This document shows, one piece after another, positions 58,180-64,000 of a DNA stretch of 64,000 nt. Positions within the stretch are counted from its first letter, which is position 1. Each line of letters starts with the position of its first letter. The notes beneath the pieces were generated by a model. The model did not search any database and was not told where the DNA came from. It worked only from the letters and a program-made list of their open reading frames with translations. This DNA is from Spirochaetia bacterium. GTDB lineage: Bacteria > Spirochaetota > Spirochaetia > UBA9216. Position numbers and translations under genes: made by a program. The stretch spans positions 640,001 to 704,000 of the forward strand of contig OY776510.1 in assembly GCA_963675665.1 (NCBI GenBank). The letters are read 5' to 3'.

Positions 58180-58304
58180 GACCCGCGGGGGAGGACCCGA
58201 ACCGAAAAATTCCGTATTAATTTGCATATTAAAACCTCATTTCCTATAATTTTACTGGAAGACTGATTAATTAACACTAAAACTGATCATGGAGGTCTTT
58301 ATCA

Positions 58305-60344
58305 GTGAAGAAATTGAACGATTTGAAAATAGGCTTGCGGATGATACTTGTACTGTCAATCGTGACCATTGTCTCGCTCGGAGGGGTAATATTATTCGTT
58401 CAGAACAGGATAAGCAGGCTTGCCGAATCGGAAGCGGCAAGCATAGCCAATTCCGTTGCCGGTGAGTTCGGTGAAAATGCCGTTAACGAACTTAACACGG
58501 CAATGATAATCGCAACGACTATGGCGGAAAGCGCTGAAGGAATGCTTTCCGCCGGAAACGGACAGTTTACCAGAGAACAGGGAAACAACCTTCTGACAAA
58601 GGTCCTTGAAAACCACCCGGAGCTTCTTGGAACCTATTTTTGTTTTGAACCCGACAAGTTCGACGCAAAAGACTCTGAATATATAAATTCGGACGGACAT
58701 GATTCAACCGGCCGCTATATTCCGTATTACAGCCGCGGAGCAAACGATGAAATCACGCTGTCCGCGCTTGCCGGCTATGAAGATCCTGTTGCGGGAGCAT
58801 ACTATCAGGACCCGAAGCGTACGAACAGCCTGCATATTTTCGAGCCTTATACATATGAAATTGACGGAGTTGACGTACTGCTTACTTCAACTGTTGCGCC
58901 GATCCGCGACGGCAGCGGTAAATTCATCGGTATTGCCGGCTGCGATATTGCAATAAATGAACTCGACAACAAGATAAGGACTTATAAACCCTACAAGAAT
59001 TCCGGTTACCTGACGGTATTCTTTGATACAGGCATGGTAATTGCAGGCGGCAGCAAAGACATGAAGCCGGGAACCAATATGAAAGATCCGGACAATGCAA
59101 ATCAAAGGATTATTGATGGGATAACCGGCGATAATGATTTCATTGCGGAAATGTACGATCAGGGTTCCGGTGAAACCTATCTGAGTTCTGGGCGGCATTT
59201 CCCTGTTCCAGGAACCGGCCGGTCAATATGCCTTACCGTCAGCATTCCGGCTTCGGTAATCTATGAAGAATCGCGACTGGCTATTTTTATCATCACCCTG
59301 ATCAGTATAGCCGCGCTGATAGCCATTATCCTTTCAGTGGTAATTATTTCACACGGTATCAGCAAACAGCTGAACAAGGGAATTACCTTCGCCAAGGAGC
59401 TTTCCGCCGGAAATCTGACCATTTCAATTGATATCGAGCAAAAAGACGAAGTAGGAATTCTGGCGGGGGCATTGAACAACATGAGAGACGTTCTCAGCCG
59501 GGTTGTCGGAGAAGTAAGATCCTCGGCTGAAACGGTTTCAAACGGAAGCCGGGAAATGTCTTCTACTGCAGAACAGATTTCACAGGGCGCAACCGAGCAG
59601 GCGGCAACCGCAGAAGAAGTATCTTCTTCGATGGAACAGATTGGGGCCTCGATAAGGCAGAACACCGACAATTCATCACAGACGGAAAAGATTGCTTCAA
59701 AAGCGGCAGAAGACGTACAAAACGGCGGAGAGGCGGTCCTTGAGACTGTTACCGCGATGAAAGAAATCGCGGAAAAGATTAAGGTCATTGAGGAAATTGC
59801 CAGAAACACCAATATGCTTTCATTAAACGCGGCAATAGAAGCAGCCAGGGCCGGAGAACACGGCAAGGGCTTTGCAGTTGTAGCAGCAGAGGTCGGAAAA
59901 CTGGCGGCAAACAGTCAGGCTGCCGCCAATGAAATCCTCAACCTTGCCACAACCAGCGTAGATACAGCCAATAAAGCGGGAGAAATGATACAGGCCGTTA
60001 TCCCGGACATCAGGCGAACGGCTGATCTGGTACAGGAAATCAACGCCACAAGCCAGGAGCAGAATGCCGGGACCGAACAGGTCAACCAGGTAATGATCGA
60101 ACTTGACAAGGTAATCCAGATGAATGCCGCTTCAGCGGAGGAATCAACTTCGATGTCGGAAGAATTGTCAAGTCAGGCCCAAAACCTTCTTGAAATGATA
60201 GAATTCTTCAGGATTGATCAATCTGATACCGGATACAGAACAGGGGTCAAACTGAAATTAGATAAACCCGGGCTTCCTTCCCCTTCCGGAAATAAACCAG
60301 CACGTACCGGAGGCAGGTCTGAAGTCAAGTTTGAAGAATTCTGA
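58305..60344 (+). CDS. Methyl-accepting chemotaxis protein (dCache, HAMP)
   Basis: Two TMs, YY..PK/EPY Cache motif, DEVG.L HAMP, TNMLSLNAAIEAARAGEHGKGFAVVA; ends KFEEF. Confidence 0.94.
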   Translation: MKKLNDLKIGLRMILVLSIVTIVSLGGVILFVQNRISRLAESEAASIANSVAGEFGENAVNELNTAMIIATTMAESAEGMLSAGNGQFTREQGNNLLTKVLENHPELLGTYFCFEPDKFDAKDSEYINSDGHDSTGRYIPYYSRGANDEITLSALAGYEDPVAGAYYQDPKRTNSLHIFEPYTYEIDGVDVLLTSTVAPIRDGSGKFIGIAGCDIAINELDNKIRTYKPYKNSGYLTVFFDTGMVIAGGSKDMKPGTNMKDPDNANQRIIDGITGDNDFIAEMYDQGSGETYLSSGRHFPVPGTGRSICLTVSIPASVIYEESRLAIFIITLISIAALIAIILSVVIISHGISKQLNKGITFAKELSAGNLTISIDIEQKDEVGILAGALNNMRDVLSRVVGEVRSSAETVSNGSREMSSTAEQISQGATEQAATAEEVSSSMEQIGASIRQNTDNSSQTEKIASKAAEDVQNGGEAVLETVTAMKEIAEKIKVIEEIARNTNMLSLNAAIEAARAGEHGKGFAVVAAEVGKLAANSQAAANEILNLATTSVDTANKAGEMIQAVIPDIRRTADLVQEINATSQEQNAGTEQVNQVMIELDKVIQMNAASAEESTSMSEELSSQAQNLLEMIEFFRIDQSDTGYRTGVKLKLDKPGLPSPSGNKPARTGGRSEVKFEEF

Positions 60345-60365
60345 ATTTATAACAGGAGCGTAAAA

Positions 60366-60863
60366 ATGCAGAGTATTAGCCTTAGTAACCAGTTTGTAAC
60401 ATTTAAAATTGAAAACGAAGTATATGCCATAGACGTATTCAAAATCCGGGAAATTCTCGAGGTTCCGGATATAACAAAGGTTCCCGGTATGCCGCCCATG
60501 ATCAGAGGAGTAATAAATATCCGGGGCTCAGTTGTTCCGGTGCTCGATTTGAAAATGCAGTTCGGTCAGGAACGAACTGAACAAACCCAGGATACAGCTG
60601 TAATAGTCACTGAAATAGTCAATGACGAGGATGTTATCCAGATTGGAATAATGGTGGATGCGGCCAATGAAGTGATAACTCTTGAGCCGGATGAAATAGA
60701 GGAACCGCCCAGGCTGGGCATTTTTATCGACAATAAATATCTGAGCGGTATGGGAAAGATCAATGACGATTTTGTAATCATTCTTAATATTGACAAAATT
60801 CTGTCCGAGGAAGAAATAACACAGGTTGCCGCGACAAACCCGCAGGCGAAAACAACAGAATAA
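60366..60863 (+). CDS. cheW: Chemotaxis coupling protein CheW
   Basis: FVTF, YAIDV..IREI, GVINIRG.VVPV.DL, GIMVD. Confidence 0.94.
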   Translation: MQSISLSNQFVTFKIENEVYAIDVFKIREILEVPDITKVPGMPPMIRGVINIRGSVVPVLDLKMQFGQERTEQTQDTAVIVTEIVNDEDVIQIGIMVDAANEVITLEPDEIEEPPRLGIFIDNKYLSGMGKINDDFVIILNIDKILSEEEITQVAATNPQAKTTE

Positions 60864-60937
60864 GTATTCCCGGAACAAACAGAAAGATCCGGCTGATTTT
60901 CCTTAAAGAATAATTGCAAACAGTCGAAAAAAAAGTT

Positions 60938-61441
60938 ATGACCTATCAAAAAGAAAGCAGAATAGCTGAAGCCTGCAGTCTTCTCTTCGGAGAAGATTTC
61001 AGTGTGGAATCAACAACTATAGACTATCTTCAACTTTCCGGGATCAAGCATGCATTCCGGGAAAAGGTTAAAGAATGCCATCCGGACATTTCCGGTTCGG
61101 CATCCGGTTCAGCTGAAAACTTCATCAAGGTTAAAGATGCCTATGACTTTCTGATTTCTGTTAAATCTTCGGGAATGAAACCGTCAGAGGCAGCCGGCAA
61201 AGCCGGTAAACCAAGGACATATGCTGTTCCCCTCAGAAAACTCAGACTGGGCGAATACCTTTATTATACCGGAAAAATCAGCTGGAAAGAACTGATATCG
61301 GCAATCACATGGCAGAAACAGAATTCGAACAGGAACAGATCATTTTTATTCGGACTATATTTTATTAAATTCGGGATTCTTTCATCGGCAGAGATAGGGT
61401 TCTCCATTTTTAAACTGAACATTCACAACTCCAATTATTAG
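60938..61441 (+). CDS. J-domain protein
   Basis: IK.AFR......HPD...F..V..AY..L; C-terminal LRLGEYLYY.G.I region. Confidence 0.78.
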   Translation: MTYQKESRIAEACSLLFGEDFSVESTTIDYLQLSGIKHAFREKVKECHPDISGSASGSAENFIKVKDAYDFLISVKSSGMKPSEAAGKAGKPRTYAVPLRKLRLGEYLYYTGKISWKELISAITWQKQNSNRNRSFLFGLYFIKFGILSSAEIGFSIFKLNIHNSNY

Positions 61442-62028
61442 GAATCCTCACCGAATATAACTGTTTTGCTGCCGCTGCCTGCATCATGTTCAAGTTTTTT
61501 CGTATAATCCTGCATCTGTCTCGTCAACTCCCTGGTAGGTATAATTCTTCTGAGCAGAACCTTGAAGGTCTGAGGAAATAAATAAATTCGTCTGGCCTGT
61601 TCCCCGCCGGTATCGCTGCTGATTACGGGAATTTTTTCTGTTTTTAAATATAATTTTGCAAATTCAATATTTGCAGGACCGATATTGCTTTTGGTTCTTG
61701 TTTCAAATACGCTGCTTCCGCCGAAAATTTTTGCCTGCAAGCGTCCTTTCCGGCATCCACGTTTAATCATATCATTAAGAACAGCCTCCATTGCATATAG
61801 CCCGTACCGTTCAATATTGAAAAAACTTTCGTTTTGATGCTGAAAATTTGATTCCGCCAGCATGAAATGGTTTAAACCGCTTATTCTGAGTTCAGGATCG
61901 TATAAAGCTACTGCAACACATGAGCCCAGAACGGTGTTAATGATAATATCATCCCCGGAAACATGGAACTCTCCGGGAGCAAGGTTTGTCGAAGATTTTT
62001 TAAACTTGGTGTCAAAATAGCTATACAT
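61438..62028 (-). CDS. cheD: Chemoreceptor glutamine deamidase CheD
   Basis: TVLGSCVAV, GLNHFML, RYG, AKIFGG, IG..N, DTGG..AR. Confidence 0.93.
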   Translation of the reverse strand: MYSYFDTKFKKSSTNLAPGEFHVSGDDIIINTVLGSCVAVALYDPELRISGLNHFMLAESNFQHQNESFFNIERYGLYAMEAVLNDMIKRGCRKGRLQAKIFGGSSVFETRTKSNIGPANIEFAKLYLKTEKIPVISSDTGGEQARRIYLFPQTFKVLLRRIIPTRELTRQMQDYTKKLEHDAGSGSKTVIFGEDS

Positions 62029-62042
62029 TATTGATCATCGGA

Positions 62043-62408
62043 TCAGCCAAGAACCTTTTTTATTGTTGCTATCAGCTTATCATTGGAAAAAGGTTTTACT
62101 ATCCAGCCGGTTGCCCCCGCACCTTTTCCTTCCTGCATAATTGAGGCCTGTGATTCCGTAGTTAGAACCAGTATCGGTGTAAATTTATGGGTATCGGTTC
62201 CCCGAAGTTCTTTAACCATAGAAATACCGTCCATATTCGGCATATTAACATCTGTAATTATCAAATCAACCTTCTGATCCTTCAGTTTTTCAAAGCCGTC
62301 ACGGCCGTCTACAGCTTCCAAGGTTTCATAACCGTTCTCTTTCAGAATGAAGCTGACGCTTTGTCTTATTGCGTTTGAATCATCTACTATCATTATTGTC
62401 TGGCCCAT
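62043..62408 (-). CDS. cheY: Chemotaxis response regulator CheY
   Basis: VDDS, TDVNMPNMDG, LTTES, GATGWIVKPF; AGGAGG SD before ATG 62408. Confidence 0.92.
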   Translation of the reverse strand: MGQTIMIVDDSNAIRQSVSFILKENGYETLEAVDGRDGFEKLKDQKVDLIITDVNMPNMDGISMVKELRGTDTHKFTPILVLTTESQASIMQEGKGAGATGWIVKPFSNDKLIATIKKVLG

Positions 62409-62424
62409 CTTTTTCCTCCTGTAA

Positions 62425-64000
62425 TCAAAACAAAGTAACCTCTCCCGCCTCAAGGACAGATGCTTCAACATCAAGTCCGCTCACTTCTCCGGCGGTTTTT
62501 TTATGGCTGTAAATTGTAAATTTTTCAATCATGGTATTCATATTATCGTCAGAAAGCTCCCAGTCATTGATATTACGGCCCTGCAACCGCTGTTCAACAA
62601 AAGGTTGTATTCTGTTTCTCGTTTCATTAAGCTCATTTCTGACTTTCACGAGATCTTCCGATATTTCCTTTAACAGATCAAGTTCTTTTTCTGATTGATC
62701 AAACTGCCTATGAAAAGTATCGCTGAAAAAGTCAAATCTCTTGAGTTCTTCAGTAAAAGACTGGTTTGACGAACTGATTTTTTCAATATTCTGAAGAAAA
62801 ATATTATTAAAATCCGTTAGAAAATTAATCTCTTCTCCTGCGAATTTTCTGTATTCTTCGGAAAGGTCTGCCGTTTTACCTATAAAATTCCCTGTTTCTT
62901 TCTCACCCAGCACTATTTGCTGCTGAATACGTTCCACCAGTTTAGACATATCATCCACAGACTCGCGCATCCCACCCAGACTTTTACTTCTGGATAATTC
63001 AATCCTTGAAAGCACGGCTACGTTTTGAAGCCACCCGGAGATCTTGTTAAAGGATTCAAATTCTTCAGCAATACCTTCAACGTGATTGATAATTTTAAAA
63101 ATCAGTTTAATCAGCTCCTGTCTCATCATCGAAAACTCGCCGGTTTCAATTCTGATGCCCTTTCCGGCAGTTGCAAGATCTTCAAACGATTCGGAATTCT
63201 GTATAAACCCGGCTACAGCCTTGTTTTTCTCATTCTGAATAAATTCCAGTTTTTTTCGGGCCGTATTAAAGTTTTCATTAAACAGTCTGATTGTTTTTTC
63301 AAGAATATTTATAACTTCTTCAATCATGGAAACGGACAGTTCAATAATTCTGATACAGAATACTGCGGAATCAATATTCTCATCCGTTACCTCTGATATT
63401 TGCGGCTGTTCGCTTATGGAGAGAATTATCTGATCAATAGTCTGACGGATAAGATCCTGCTGCTGCAGCTCTTCCATTATATTAAGAATACAGCTCCTCA
63501 CTTCCTCCGATTCCGAGTTCAGCCCGCCAAGAAGATTTCCTGTTATATCCGACTGATAACGATAGCTGTTTATTCCCTTAAGAACCTTCTCTTCCAGTAT
63601 CGTCAGGATTTTGCGCCGTTTGGAATCTATCATGCTCTCAGTATCATAGAATTCATCCAGGGCCAATTGTACCGTATTACCCTTCCTTCCGAGCGTACGG
63701 GTTTTCTCAATTGTATCTACAGTTACATCCTTAAGGTTTTCCGTAATTACCGAAAAACCTTCACCTCCCTTACCGGCTTTTACAGCATTGCACAATGCAT
63801 TCAGTGAGACTATCTGCAGAGATTCCGAAATGTCCCTTATTTCCTCAATATACTGCTGTGAATTGCTGTATTCATCGATAGCGTCCGACAGTCTTTTTAT
63901 TATTTCGCTGTTCTTTTCCTTGAATTCTTTCAATTCGCTTAATTTCTGCCTGGATTCAGATTCGCTTCTTTGCAGATATTCGTTCAAATTTACAAAACCC
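62425..64000 (-). CDS. Atypical MCP-like chemotaxis protein (starts beyond the window)
   Basis: Frame open to the window edge; SLNA...A.KAG..G.GF.VI, LQ.QD..RQ...I, C-terminal GEVTLF. Confidence 0.75.
   Translation of the reverse strand, partial: GFVNLNEYLQRSESESRQKLSELKEFKEKNSEIIKRLSDAIDEYSNSQQYIEEIRDISESLQIVSLNALCNAVKAGKGGEGFSVITENLKDVTVDTIEKTRTLGRKGNTVQLALDEFYDTESMIDSKRRKILTILEEKVLKGINSYRYQSDITGNLLGGLNSESEEVRSCILNIMEELQQQDLIRQTIDQIILSISEQPQISEVTDENIDSAVFCIRIIELSVSMIEEVINILEKTIRLFNENFNTARKKLEFIQNEKNKAVAGFIQNSESFEDLATAGKGIRIETGEFSMMRQELIKLIFKIINHVEGIAEEFESFNKISGWLQNVAVLSRIELSRSKSLGGMRESVDDMSKLVERIQQQIVLGEKETGNFIGKTADLSEEYRKFAGEEINFLTDFNNIFLQNIEKISSSNQSFTEELKRFDFFSDTFHRQFDQSEKELDLLKEISEDLVKVRNELNETRNRIQPFVEQRLQGRNINDWELSDDNMNTMIEKFTIYSHKKTAGEVSGLDVEASVLEAGEVTLF

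Overview
A 64-kb chromosomal segment from an anaerobic bacterium, most likely a free-living spirochaete (inferred from the FlgD-Ig-repeat OmpA lipoprotein, 'FAGG/FASG' solute-binding-protein signal peptides and the chemotaxis gene set). It holds about 55 genes. These include housekeeping and redox genes (ptsP, a CoA-disulfide reductase-rhodanese-TusA-DsrE fusion, a Mo-bisPGD oxidoreductase, Ktr/Trk K+ uptake, tkt and a NuoE/NuoF/GltD-like trio resembling electron-bifurcating Stn/NfnABC). Also present are a GH4/ROK/LacI beta-glucoside module, an AT-rich TRAP-uxaA-kduID hexuronate cluster flanked by two IclR paralogues, an AfuABC-like ABC transporter with a two-component system, tRNA-Ala(CGC) and chemotaxis genes. 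Top novel candidate: a MarR-controlled locus (53.0-57.1 kb) with an ArsM-like methyltransferase, an unannotated 31-aa Cys-containing peptide (54286-54381, absent from the ORF track), a radical SAM/SPASM maturase with an RRE-like N-terminus and a thioredoxin-thioredoxin reductase fusion, i.e. a putative RiPP pathway possibly linked to arsenic/metalloid chemistry. Other notable signals: 143-bp tandem repeats of the tRNA-Ala 3' end that fold as tRNA-like units, a nested-inverted-repeat ncRNA candidate upstream of ptsP, and many apparently leaderless promoters. No transposase, integrase or CRISPR array was seen. All product calls come from motif recognition, not database searches.
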